Source: a virus (Duplodnaviria > Caudoviricetes). Taken from it: a DNA stretch of 34,506 nucleotides. A program made the position numbers and the translations under genes. The DNA is taken from positions 1 to 34,506 of IMG/VR virus record IMGVR_UViG_3300036798_000078; one strand, given 5' to 3'. The notes below the pieces were generated by a model. That model did no database searches and was not told the DNA's origin. It worked only from the letters and a program-made list of their open reading frames with translations. The stretch's first letter is position 1; each line of letters starts with the position of its first letter. Below, in pieces: positions 1 to 7,039 of the stretch.

Positions 1-388
1 ACTGCGGCCCTGTGGACTCTTGTCGTATTCTCAGGTACGTCGCGAAGTCCGCTAGTAGCTCGGCATCGTCTTCAGGCTCCGCGTAGCCTCCGTCGATGTG
101 CTCGCCGATGTACTCGTCGAGAACCTCGAGGACTATCGGATCCCACTTCTCGTGGTACGCCTTCATGCTATCGAGCGGCTCCGGAGGTGCACTTGCCGTA
201 GTCTTCCTTGATGCTCCCAGTCGCGGAACATGCCAGCGCGCACGGTGACCTGACATGGTAGCGCAGAACTCACCTGGCTTTGCTTCGCAGGTTGCGCAGT
301 ACGTATTGAGTACGCGCCTGTAGTCGTCCGGGTTGATCTGCGACTGACGCTCGAGCCAGGCAATAGCGTTCGACTCAGACTTGTTCAC
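1..388 (-). CDS. Zn-finger-containing hypothetical protein (3' end runs off window)
   Basis: Manually translated: GTG at 388 overlaps upstream TGA; MNKSESNAIAWLERQ...YCATCEAKPGEFCATMSGHRARWHVPR; frame open to window edge. Confidence 0.65.
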   Translation of the reverse strand, partial: MNKSESNAIAWLERQSQINPDDYRRVLNTYCATCEAKPGEFCATMSGHRARWHVPRLGASRKTTASAPPEPLDSMKAYHEKWDPIVLEVLDEYIGEHIDGGYAEPEDDAELLADFATYLRIRQESTGPQ

Positions 389-558
389 GTCAATACCTGA
401 ACCGACTCGAAGTCATCGTCGTCGATGTCGTCAAGCTCGACTTCCTTGACCGCGACGACGATCGGGTAGTTCTCCTGAAGATCGATCATGAGCCTGTGAA
501 TGGCTACGTCGAACTTCCCTTCGTCGCAGTCAGCGACTTGTACTGCTAGGTACCTCAT
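385..558 (-). CDS. Small acidic hypothetical protein (57 aa)
   Basis: Manual translation MRYLAVQVADCDEGKFDVAIHRLMIDLQENYPIVVAVKEVELDDIDDDDFESVQVLT; tiles between neighbours. Confidence 0.6.
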   Translation of the reverse strand: MRYLAVQVADCDEGKFDVAIHRLMIDLQENYPIVVAVKEVELDDIDDDDFESVQVLT

Positions 559-718
559 CTTCTGGACTTCTTCCTCTGCGTAGTGCGTCTCGGGCAGGTT
601 CCCAACGGAGGCCTCGTTCTGGATGGGCTGTCTCGTATCGCAGGTTGCGTACTCGGCCCTTCTCGCTCATGTTGTAGCGGCGATGGCTTTCCAATCGCCG
701 TTGCCTTGCGTCATCCAT
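530..718 (-). CDS. Basic hypothetical protein (62 aa)
   Basis: ATG at 718 preceded by GAAGGGAG SD; shorter than ORF-track call. Confidence 0.6.
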   Translation of the reverse strand: MDDARQRRLESHRRYNMSEKGRVRNLRYETAHPERGLRWEPARDALRRGRSPEDEVPSSTSR

Positions 719-800
719 AACGCTCCCTTCCGACCCAGCCTCAGGGGGAGTCCATGCCTCAGAGGCTGAGCCGCAGGGGAAGTTACTCAACCCTGCAGAC

Positions 801-938
801 CTATTCCTTCTCGTAGGGGCGCCATCCTTCGCTGCGCTTCTTGAGCACACGCTTCTCGACGTAAAAGGAGAACGCGTAGGCGCCTATGTAGTAAACGGGT
901 ATCAGACACGCCAGGAACACGAAGAGTCCCAAGCTCAT
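801..938 (-). CDS. Small membrane protein (45 aa)
   Basis: MSLGLFVFLACLIPVYYIGAYAFSFYVEKRVLKKRSEGWRPYEKE: one hydrophobic segment plus basic tail; starts 2 nt after upstream stop. Confidence 0.6.
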   Translation of the reverse strand: MSLGLFVFLACLIPVYYIGAYAFSFYVEKRVLKKRSEGWRPYEKE

Positions 939-940
939 GA

Positions 941-1231
941 CTACATCCTAGCTGTCAGAACGGACAGAATCGCCTTCGTCTCCGATGGCGTGTTGCGTGA
1001 CGACGTAATGTAGTAGTCGATGTCCTTCGGCTTGTACACCAGAATGGCATCTCTGCCATACGTCCTGAAGAGCAGCTCCAGGGTGACGTCGTACAGATCG
1101 TCAGGGTCGAGTTGCATCAGCGCCTCGACGATTTCATTTGGCGCTAGTGCCTGAACATATACTCCTTCCTCCAGCGGTTGGAGGTCGGGAATGTCCTCTT
1201 CGAGGTCGATCGACTTGACGTGCTTGGACAT
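941..1231 (-). CDS. Hypothetical protein
   Basis: 96-aa ORF with GGGAG SD, tight packing. Confidence 0.75.
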   Translation of the reverse strand: MSKHVKSIDLEEDIPDLQPLEEGVYVQALAPNEIVEALMQLDPDDLYDVTLELLFRTYGRDAILVYKPKDIDYYITSSRNTPSETKAILSVLTARM

Positions 1232-1232
1232 G

Positions 1233-1373
1233 CTACACTCCCATCCAGTTGCGGACTACTTGTCGGATACGTTCTTTCAGTGCAGCTTCCACGTCTTCGC
1301 GTGCGGTCAGCATCTCAGGACGCACCTCGTCCATGATCTGATCGACCATGCGCTCCGCTGCGTCTTTGTTCAC
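1233..1373 (-). CDS. Small helical hypothetical protein (46 aa)
   Basis: GTGA overlap with upstream gene; MNKDAAERMVDQIMDEVRPEMLTAREDVEAALKERIRQVVRNWMGV. Confidence 0.6.
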   Translation of the reverse strand: MNKDAAERMVDQIMDEVRPEMLTAREDVEAALKERIRQVVRNWMGV

Positions 1374-1804
1374 GTCTGTATGTCCTGGTTCTTGTCGATG
1401 GCCGTCTCTGCCTCGTTGATGAAGTACCAGAGCTGATACAGTGCCCAGTACAGGAACACCAAGTCCTCGTCGGCCTTGAACAGGCTGTCGTCGGGAGCGA
1501 GGGCATCGATCGACACGTTACTGCTCATGATGTCTGCTGTCGCTTGCTTGTACGTGAAGCCGCGCGTCTCGTACGAGAGAACGCGTTCCACGTCGACCTT
1601 CAAGCTGGCCGCTACGCTCCTAGCGACCTTGACGAGCTCCTTCAGCTCCTCCTCGTTGCGGAAGAACCTCTTGTCCTCGCTCTCGTACGTCGCAGGGTTG
1701 CCTGGAACAGGCTCGACGTAGATCCCGAGCCACTGCTGCATCGAGATGCCAGTAGTGATCTTGTATCCGGCTGGGGTGCGTGTTACTATTGTCGTTGTGT
1801 TCAT
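1370..1804 (-). CDS. Hypothetical protein (144 aa)
   Basis: ATG at 1804 with strong SD GGAAAGGAGGT; ORF-track extension to 1879 crosses a structured non-coding element. Confidence 0.8.
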   Translation of the reverse strand: MNTTTIVTRTPAGYKITTGISMQQWLGIYVEPVPGNPATYESEDKRFFRNEEELKELVKVARSVAASLKVDVERVLSYETRGFTYKQATADIMSSNVSIDALAPDDSLFKADEDLVFLYWALYQLWYFINEAETAIDKNQDIQT

Positions 1805-1822
1805 TTCGCACCTCCTTTCCAA

Positions 1823-1918
1823 GCCGGCCTGAAGGGGAAACGGGACCCTCTTTCGAGCGGCACTATATCGGTTTGCCATACCGACCCGCTACCTTTCCAA
1901 CTGTCCCTTCAGGCCGAC
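1823..1918 (-). ncRNA. Candidate structured intergenic/leader RNA
   Basis: 12-bp perfect IR 1825-1836/1905-1916 enclosing CGGG/CCCG stem and two hairpins, one with GAAA loop. Confidence 0.5.
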
Positions 1919-1933
1919 GTGCATAGGAGCTAC

Positions 1934-2284
1934 TTAGTAGCTGCCCCACACTCGGATGTCAACCATGAGCGTGTCGCGCACCACAACTACTCCGACGCGC
2001 AGCTCGCCCTTGGCCTCTTGCTGTCCTACAACAGCGTACGGTCGTGCCTTGTAGACCTTGCGACCGAACCTGTCCTTGAGCTCCTGCCAGTCTTCGACTT
2101 CGAGGAGCTCGTCGAGGATCTCCTTCGATTCACCTGCGTCGAGGCGATCATCGAAGATGTTGAATCCACCGACTTCGTGTATCTCGTCGAGCGCAGCTGA
2201 AATGAACGACAGAATGGCATCGTTACATACCAGGTGCGCTCCCTTCATTGGCTTGAGCGACTGATCGGACTTGAAGTCGTTCAC
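1934..2284 (-). CDS. Hypothetical protein
   Basis: 116-aa ORF, GTGA overlap with upstream gene. Confidence 0.75.
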   Translation of the reverse strand: MNDFKSDQSLKPMKGAHLVCNDAILSFISAALDEIHEVGGFNIFDDRLDAGESKEILDELLEVEDWQELKDRFGRKVYKARPYAVVGQQEAKGELRVGVVVVRDTLMVDIRVWGSY

Positions 2285-2619
2285 AACGCACCGTCCAATC
2301 GGTACAGCATGCCCTTCTCGTCGCGGACGACAATCGCGCCCGCCTGCGTAGTGCCGACCTCTTCGTACATCATCGGCGCCCTCTTCTCAGGCTCCACAGG
2401 TGCGCGGTTGTCGACGTCTGCGACGCGGAAGATGTAGAAGCCGCGAGTCGTTCGCGACACGCCGTACTCGGGGTGCGCGTTCGTCATCCGAACCATTGCA
2501 GCCGCGACCTTGTCGGGCTCGAGGTGGATGTCTGCAGCGATGTCGTTGAAATGCACGATCTCTCCCGCATGCCTATGCATGAACGCGAGTGCGTCTCGTG
2601 CCGTTTGTTGGTTGCCCAC
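2281..2619 (-). CDS. Putative winged-helix DNA-binding protein (112 aa)
   Basis: GTG at 2619 after AAGGAGTCC; ARDALAFMHRHAGEIVHFNDIAADIHLEPDKVAAAMVRM...GVSRTTRGFY resembles a wHTH. Confidence 0.6.
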   Translation of the reverse strand: MGNQQTARDALAFMHRHAGEIVHFNDIAADIHLEPDKVAAAMVRMTNAHPEYGVSRTTRGFYIFRVADVDNRAPVEPEKRAPMMYEEVGTTQAGAIVVRDEKGMLYRLDGAL

Positions 2620-2683
2620 CGGACTCCTTCCCAACTGATCAGACCGTCTGATCAAGGATCGGGTCTCAACGAGACCCTCACCT

Positions 2684-2836
2684 TCATCCTCGGTTTGATT
2701 CGAGCTGCACGACGTACAGCTCCAGCGATGCCGCGTACAGATTCGTTTCCGCAGTGTACAGCTGCAGCGCAGCCATGTAACTCTCGGTCGCGAGCCTGTA
2801 TCGCAGCTTGGCATCCTTCAGCTTGTCCGTTTTCAT
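2684..2836 (-). CDS. Small coiled-coil-like protein (50 aa)
   Basis: MKTDKLKDAKLRYRLATESYMAALQLYTAETNLYAASLELYVVQLESNRG with Tyr every 7 residues; purine-rich SD. Confidence 0.6.
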   Translation of the reverse strand: MKTDKLKDAKLRYRLATESYMAALQLYTAETNLYAASLELYVVQLESNRG

Positions 2837-2851
2837 CCTCTCTTCCTTCTC

Positions 2852-3121
2852 TCAAAGTTCTTGCCGTGATATGTAGCGGTTGCAGTTCCAGCAGAACTCG
2901 CATCCGCGATCCGGATGTGCGAACACGCCTACGTGTATGCACGCCTCGTGCCACTGCACGTACGTTCCGAGCTCTGGGCTCCAAACCATGCTACGCTGGT
3001 GCTTGCAGGGGAACGAACCGTAGTGGCCGCAGTACGGGCATGGCGGATACTGACGTGCGACTCCTTCGATCGGCACATCGGGTATGCCGATGATCGCCGA
3101 TCCTTCTTGCCTGTATGTCAT
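2852..3121 (-). CDS. Cys/His-rich putative Zn-binding protein
   Basis: TGATG overlap; CPYCGH...C..H...HEAC...CEFCWNC. Confidence 0.65.
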   Translation of the reverse strand: MTYRQEGSAIIGIPDVPIEGVARQYPPCPYCGHYGSFPCKHQRSMVWSPELGTYVQWHEACIHVGVFAHPDRGCEFCWNCNRYISRQEL

Positions 3122-3363
3122 CAGACGTTCGCCTTCCAGCCCCATCGCGGCTTCGTCATGTGCGCCATCGTGTGAATGCGCTCCCAGACGTCAGGAATGT
3201 AGAAGAAACGGTGACGTTCGTTCTTGCTGCACTCGAGGATGTACGCCTTGTTGCCTGTTCCTTGCTGGACGATCGTCTGAATGTACTTCAGCTCGTCGTC
3301 GTGTCCTCTGACAGTGCAGCCAGGAAACGTAGGTAGGTCTTGTGTTTCGACCAAGTAAGGCAT
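3121..3363 (-). CDS. Hypothetical protein
   Basis: 80-aa ORF with AAGGAGTCCAAC-ATG, directly downstream of a promoter. Confidence 0.75.
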   Translation of the reverse strand: MPYLVETQDLPTFPGCTVRGHDDELKYIQTIVQQGTGNKAYILECSKNERHRFFYIPDVWERIHTMAHMTKPRWGWKANV

Positions 3364-3401
3364 GTTGGACTCCTTGGAATTGAGATTTTTGCCTATGATT
3401 A

Positions 3402-3430
3402 ATTGTATCTGGGAATTTGTGGAATTGCAA
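3402..3430 (-). promoter_or_regulatory. Sigma-70/SigA-type promoter
   Basis: TTGCAA-17 bp-TACAAT in AT-rich intergenic gap. Confidence 0.75.
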
Positions 3431-3450
3431 GACCTCTTGAGGGTTTTTCT

Positions 3451-3900
3451 TTAGGCATTTTTGCCATTCCGGTGAGCTTCGACAATGTCGGTAATGTCTC
3501 CGCCTTCTGGGTGCTCGACGAGGAACTTGCTGATGTGCGCCATCGTTGCACGTGCCGACTCGCGCTTCTGTTCATCCATGCCGGCACCGATCCAAATAGT
3601 GCCTCCGCCTATTGCACACACGAGAAGACCTGTACCAGTGTTGAAGGCGTACGTTATGCCGCCACTCGTAAGTTCGTGGCCTGCGCGCCCAGCTGCCTTC
3701 GCCTCTGCGGCGTTGGTGACTGTGCCTTCCAGATCGTAGAGCTTGCATGTGTCGTCGTACACCTCTGTCCATCCACGCGCCGTGGTTGGCGTAATGGTGA
3801 ACTTCATGATAATTGGCGTTGCTGCACGCACTCGTGCACGCTCCGCTTCCTCTGCCGCTTCAATGTCCCGAAGCGCGGCTTGTAGTTCTGCCTTGTTCAT
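3451..3900 (-). CDS. Hypothetical protein
   Basis: 149-aa ORF with GAGGAAAG SD and ATGA overlap. Confidence 0.8.
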   Translation of the reverse strand: MNKAELQAALRDIEAAEEAERARVRAATPIIMKFTITPTTARGWTEVYDDTCKLYDLEGTVTNAAEAKAAGRAGHELTSGGITYAFNTGTGLLVCAIGGGTIWIGAGMDEQKRESARATMAHISKFLVEHPEGGDITDIVEAHRNGKNA

Positions 3901-4109
3901 GTTGCTTTCCTCTTTTTCCGGATCGTCATGTGCGTCTTGGCGAACTCGTCACTCGCGGCAACGTACATTACGTCGGTCTCGTGGACGTTGTTGGCTGCGA
4001 TGACGTCTTCGTCAAACCAACCGATCTCCAGAGTCCGCGTCTCAAAGACTGCATCACCGACGTATCGAGTGACTACGATCTTCTCACGGTACACTTCGTA
4101 CTCGCCCAT
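3897..4109 (-). CDS. Hypothetical protein (70 aa)
   Basis: ATG at 4109 in TGATG overlap; MGEYEVYREKIVVTRY... Confidence 0.65.
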   Translation of the reverse strand: MGEYEVYREKIVVTRYVGDAVFETRTLEIGWFDEDVIAANNVHETDVMYVAASDEFAKTHMTIRKKRKAT

Positions 4110-4249
4110 CAGAACCACCGCCTGAAGCGTGGGCACTCTGACTTGCAGATGCTGCACTCGCTTCCTGACCGATAGTGCTTGTGGGCTTTGTGCTTGTGTC
4201 CGCAACGTCGACAAATAGCATCGTCGTGCGGCTCCTTGAATGGCCACAT
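4109..4249 (-). CDS. Small Cys/His Zn-finger-like protein (46 aa)
   Basis: TAATG overlap; MWPFKEPHDDAICRRCGHKHKAHKHYRSGSECSICKSECPRFRRWF. Confidence 0.65.
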   Translation of the reverse strand: MWPFKEPHDDAICRRCGHKHKAHKHYRSGSECSICKSECPRFRRWF

Positions 4250-4446
4250 TACTTTGGACTCTCCAGACGTCCGACGCGGAACTCGCGCCCATCTTGCGTT
4301 CGTACGGTGTACGGCTTGAACCCCACCCGCCTCTTCTTAATGAGCACCACAGGCACTCGTTGAAGCCAAATCCGCCTCACATTGACGGCGTTGCTGTTGT
4401 CCTGATCTGGGTCAGGAATGAGGTACGTTGCGCCTACTTTAGGCAT
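4249..4446 (-). CDS. Basic hypothetical protein (65 aa)
   Basis: ATG at 4446 after GGAGAAGGA SD. Confidence 0.65.
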   Translation of the reverse strand: MPKVGATYLIPDPDQDNSNAVNVRRIWLQRVPVVLIKKRRVGFKPYTVRTQDGREFRVGRLESPK

Positions 4447-4738
4447 TTCCTTCTCCTTCTGCATGCTCGGCGAGTATCTCTGCGACACTCTTCGGACCGA
4501 GGTGCTTCCTTATTAGCTCCTCTGCCGTTTCGTTCGGTTTCGGTTCGCGCTGGATCGGTTCTGGCTTTTTCAGGTAGTAGCCTACTTCGGTCAGATACTC
4601 TGTTGCGCGTGCTTCGTGGCACTCCGTAGGGTAGTCCTTGTAGCCATCCGTGCACCGCTTTCCAGGCTCAGCTCCGCAGTCCGGGCAGTCGTAACCGCTG
4701 ACTAGGATGCCGTCTTGTATGTTGTCTGTTAGGTTCAT
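4439..4738 (-). CDS. Zn-finger-containing hypothetical protein
   Basis: CPDCGAEPGKRC...CHEAR motif. Confidence 0.7.
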   Translation of the reverse strand: MNLTDNIQDGILVSGYDCPDCGAEPGKRCTDGYKDYPTECHEARATEYLTEVGYYLKKPEPIQREPKPNETAEELIRKHLGPKSVAEILAEHAEGEGNA

Positions 4739-5028
4739 GCCGGCTGCGTCTTCTCGAACTCGAAGTCTTCTGGCGGTGCGATTGTAGGTACGAACTTGAT
4801 CTCGATGTACTCGACGCCATTCTCGACTCCTAGCAGTGTCGACGCCTTGCCGTTGTGTCGATCAGCTTGGACGTGGACTTGCGGCCTCAGTGAGGACGGT
4901 GCGATCTTGTAGTCCGTTCCGCGGTACAGTCGAACGCGCTTGTTAGGCACGAGCCACTTGTCCCACGGATACTGCTGCGGACGACCTCGTCCTGTTGGCT
5001 GCTCTTCGTCGTCTTCGACGACCCTCAT
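4735..5028 (-). CDS. Putative DNA-binding protein (AT-hook-like GRGRP, YPW motif)
   Basis: Strong SD AGGAGGT; first gene behind promoter at 5110-5139. Confidence 0.7.
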   Translation of the reverse strand: MRVVEDDEEQPTGRGRPQQYPWDKWLVPNKRVRLYRGTDYKIAPSSLRPQVHVQADRHNGKASTLLGVENGVEYIEIKFVPTIAPPEDFEFEKTQPA

Positions 5029-5109
5029 GAATTACCTCCTGCTTGTTATCGGAGTGTTCCACTCTGAAACACTCTGCTCGATCTTGCGTAAGCTGGACGC
5101 TCTGATTCT

Positions 5110-5139
5110 ATTATATAGTGAGTCAATACGGAATATCAA
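5110..5139 (-). promoter_or_regulatory. Sigma-70/SigA-type promoter
   Basis: TTGATA-18 bp-TATAAT. Confidence 0.8.
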
Positions 5140-5411
5140 GAGCACCATTTACGTGTGTAACAATAAAGCTCGCTTAACACGCAGAACGGACGAACCTAAT
5201 ACTTACAATCCCCAATGAACCTGTAAACCCAAAGGTTAATCGCGGGCGTCCGTACATGGTCCGAGCATTGCTGTTTATCTTTATGCTTTAATACTATATG
5301 ATCATTATATATCGTTAAGAGTCCAATTTTCTTCGGTCTTTACGATGTGTGCGCGCTTTTCTCTTAAGAGCCTCAAGGATTCCCGATAAGCAGATTACTC
5401 TGCTTGGACGT

Positions 5412-5720
5412 TCACGACCAATTCTTCGGTAGTCGTGTCTGCGTCGCTTTGGCCGAGAAGAATTCGTGCTTCGGCTGCGCGTTCCCGCCGAGGTTTCGCG
5501 TCCCACGCCACGATTCCGGCTTTGTCGGTGTTGCCGCGCGTTCGGACTCGGGAGTGTAGATAGCACGGACTGAATTTCTTGTCTGTCCGGCAACGCGTTG
5601 CATCCGTTTGGATAGCATCCGCGTAACACGTGGCTGACGACGCTTTGGCGGCGTTGGTGCCGCTTTCAGTTCGCGTTCGACGTTTGCAACGTACGCGAGC
5701 CAATCGGCTGGCAAAGGCAT
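5412..5720 (-). CDS. Arg/Lys-rich hypothetical protein (102 aa)
   Basis: ATG at 5720 after AAGGAGTCCAAA motif. Confidence 0.7.
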   Translation of the reverse strand: MPLPADWLAYVANVERELKAAPTPPKRRQPRVTRMLSKRMQRVAGQTRNSVRAIYTPESERAATPTKPESWRGTRNLGGNAQPKHEFFSAKATQTRLPKNWS

Positions 5721-5745
5721 TTTGGACTCCTTCCTAGTACCAATC

Positions 5746-5773
5746 GAGTGCACTCCGTTTCCGAAGTGCACTC
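5746..5773 (-). other. GAAA-tetraloop RNA hairpin
   Basis: GAGUGCACUUCG-GAAA-CGGAGUGCACUC; the DNA mismatch is a G-U pair only on the minus strand. Confidence 0.7.
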
Positions 5774-5780
5774 TCAGGCA

Positions 5781-6038
5781 CTAGGCGTGGCAGGTTGTCG
5801 ACTGCGTCTGCGTGATCTTCGGCGCGACGTACTTCACGTACCCGCCTGCCTTCTTGCTGTAGTGGTAGTACGTGGTCGTGTACTGGTTCGTCTGGTAGCA
5901 CTTCGGCGAAATGAGGACTTCGCCCTTGCTCGTCGTGCTGACGAACGGAAGCGAACCTGCGTGTGCCGAAGCTGCGCCTGCAACGCCTGCTCCAGCGAGA
6001 CCTGCAGCGATCAGACCAGCTGCGATGAGTTTCCGCAT
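5781..6038 (-). CDS. Small secreted protein (Sec signal peptide)
   Basis: MRKLIAAGLIAAGLAGAGVAGAASAHA|GSLP: basic n-region, hydrophobic h-region, AxA site; two Cys in mature part. Confidence 0.75.
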   Translation of the reverse strand: MRKLIAAGLIAAGLAGAGVAGAASAHAGSLPFVSTTSKGEVLISPKCYQTNQYTTTYYHYSKKAGGYVKYVAPKITQTQSTTCHA

Positions 6039-6061
6039 TGGGACTCCTTGTTCAGTTTTGG

Positions 6062-6117
6062 AGGACCATCCTCCGTAACCTGCCCTCTTTCGAGGGCAGG
6101 CGGACGCAAGTGGTCCT
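6062..6117 (-). other. Extended bulged hairpin with GAAA tetraloop
   Basis: CCTGCCCTC-GAAA-GAGGGCAGG (6079-6100) extended by TCCG/CGGA and AGGACCA/TGGTCCT. Confidence 0.7.
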
Positions 6118-6469
6118 ACTTGACTTCGTCCTTCACCTTCTCGACGACGATCTCGGCGACTTCCTCGTCGCTGAGCTCACCTTCCGGCAGGAACTCTGCC
6201 ATGTACTCGGCTGCGATCGCCTCGTAGTCGGTACCTGAGGTGCTTTCGCCGTTCTGCACGCGGATGACGTACTTGTCGAGCCAGGTCTTGAACGCCTCGC
6301 CCTCGAAGTACACCTTCTCGCTTCCGCGGTTGCCGTAGTTGCTGGCGATCCGCGCGTTCTTCGCGTACGCGTACAGCATCTGCGGACGAACTTCCGTGTC
6401 GGTGATACCGTTCGCCTTCAGAACCAGGTTGGTAACCTTGGCTGCAGCGAATGGGGTAATGCGGTCCAT
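6116..6469 (-). CDS. MerR/excisionase-like winged-HTH protein, paralog B (acidic tail)
   Basis: ITPFAAAKV...RPQMLYAYAKNARIAS...KVYFEGEAFKTWLDKY resembles the HTH_17/BldC pattern. Confidence 0.7.
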   Translation of the reverse strand: MDRITPFAAAKVTNLVLKANGITDTEVRPQMLYAYAKNARIASNYGNRGSEKVYFEGEAFKTWLDKYVIRVQNGESTSGTDYEAIAAEYMAEFLPEGELSDEEVAEIVVEKVKDEVK

Positions 6470-6520
6470 TTTGGACTCCTTTGGTTTTGAGCCCGCATCT
6501 CTTGCTTGGCTCTTAATTCA

Positions 6521-6550
6521 ATTATATAGCATCCACCTTTGGCAAAGCAA
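6521..6550 (-). promoter_or_regulatory. Sigma-70/SigA-type promoter
   Basis: TTGCTT-18 bp-TATAAT. Confidence 0.75.
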
Positions 6551-6607
6551 GTGCTTTCAAAGGTTTTGTTTTGGGAATTTTGATCGTGACTTTGGGCACA
6601 TAGGCGA

Positions 6608-6684
6608 AGTACGTACTACGTACGTACAACACGTAACGAAGTACGTAGTACTACGTACCAAGTACGTATTGCCTGACGCGTCAG
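6608..6684. repeat. TACGTA palindrome array
   Basis: Six TACGTA plus one CACGTA in ~60 bp, 18-bp perfect palindrome 6641-6658, 12-bp palindrome 6673-6684. Confidence 0.9.
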
Positions 6685-6724
6685 TCAACATCACACTTCC
6701 TACCGACAAAGGCGGTAATGCAGG

Positions 6725-6760
6725 GGAAAAAGAAACCTACCCTTTCGGGTAGGCTTCTCT
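6725..6760 (-). terminator. Intrinsic terminator
   Basis: CCTACCC-GAAA-GGGTAGG followed by TTTCTTTTT just after stop of 6767-7039. Confidence 0.8.
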
Positions 6761-6766
6761 TTCTGA

Positions 6767-7039
6767 CTACATGAACTGCTTCGCCAGCTCGTCGTAGTCC
6801 GTGCGTGACGTGGTGTCGCCAGTCAGTGCACGTGCGACGTACTTGTCAAGCCACAGCTTGAACGCTTCGCCGACGAACTCGACCTTCTCGTTCTCCGCTC
6901 GCGTGTCATAGTTCGACGCGATAACGTTCCGCTTAGCGTACGAGTACATCATCTGCGGGCGTAGCTCGATCGTGAGACCGTTCGCCTTGAGGACGATGTT
7001 CGCAACTTTCGCGGCGGCGAATGGGGTGAGGTTCTGCAT
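6767..7039 (-). CDS. MerR/excisionase-like winged-HTH protein, paralog A
   Basis: Clear paralog of 6116-6469 (TPFAAAKV, LKANG, RPQM, IASNY, GEAFK.WLDKYV, TDY). Confidence 0.7.
   Translation of the reverse strand: MQNLTPFAAAKVANIVLKANGLTIELRPQMMYSYAKRNVIASNYDTRAENEKVEFVGEAFKLWLDKYVARALTGDTTSRTDYDELAKQFM

Noticed and set aside
1823-1918. Resemblance to a c-di-GMP-I riboswitch (GGCAAAC, GAAA, GGUAGCGGG words) or hammerhead (CUGA, GAAA)
   Set aside because: Words are in the wrong order for c-di-GMP-I and the CUGAnGA core is absent; kept only as an unassigned structured RNA
6608-6684. Possible CRISPR or mini-array
   Set aside because: Units are 6-bp palindromes with a few bases between them, not ~30-bp repeats with unique spacers; no cas genes seen
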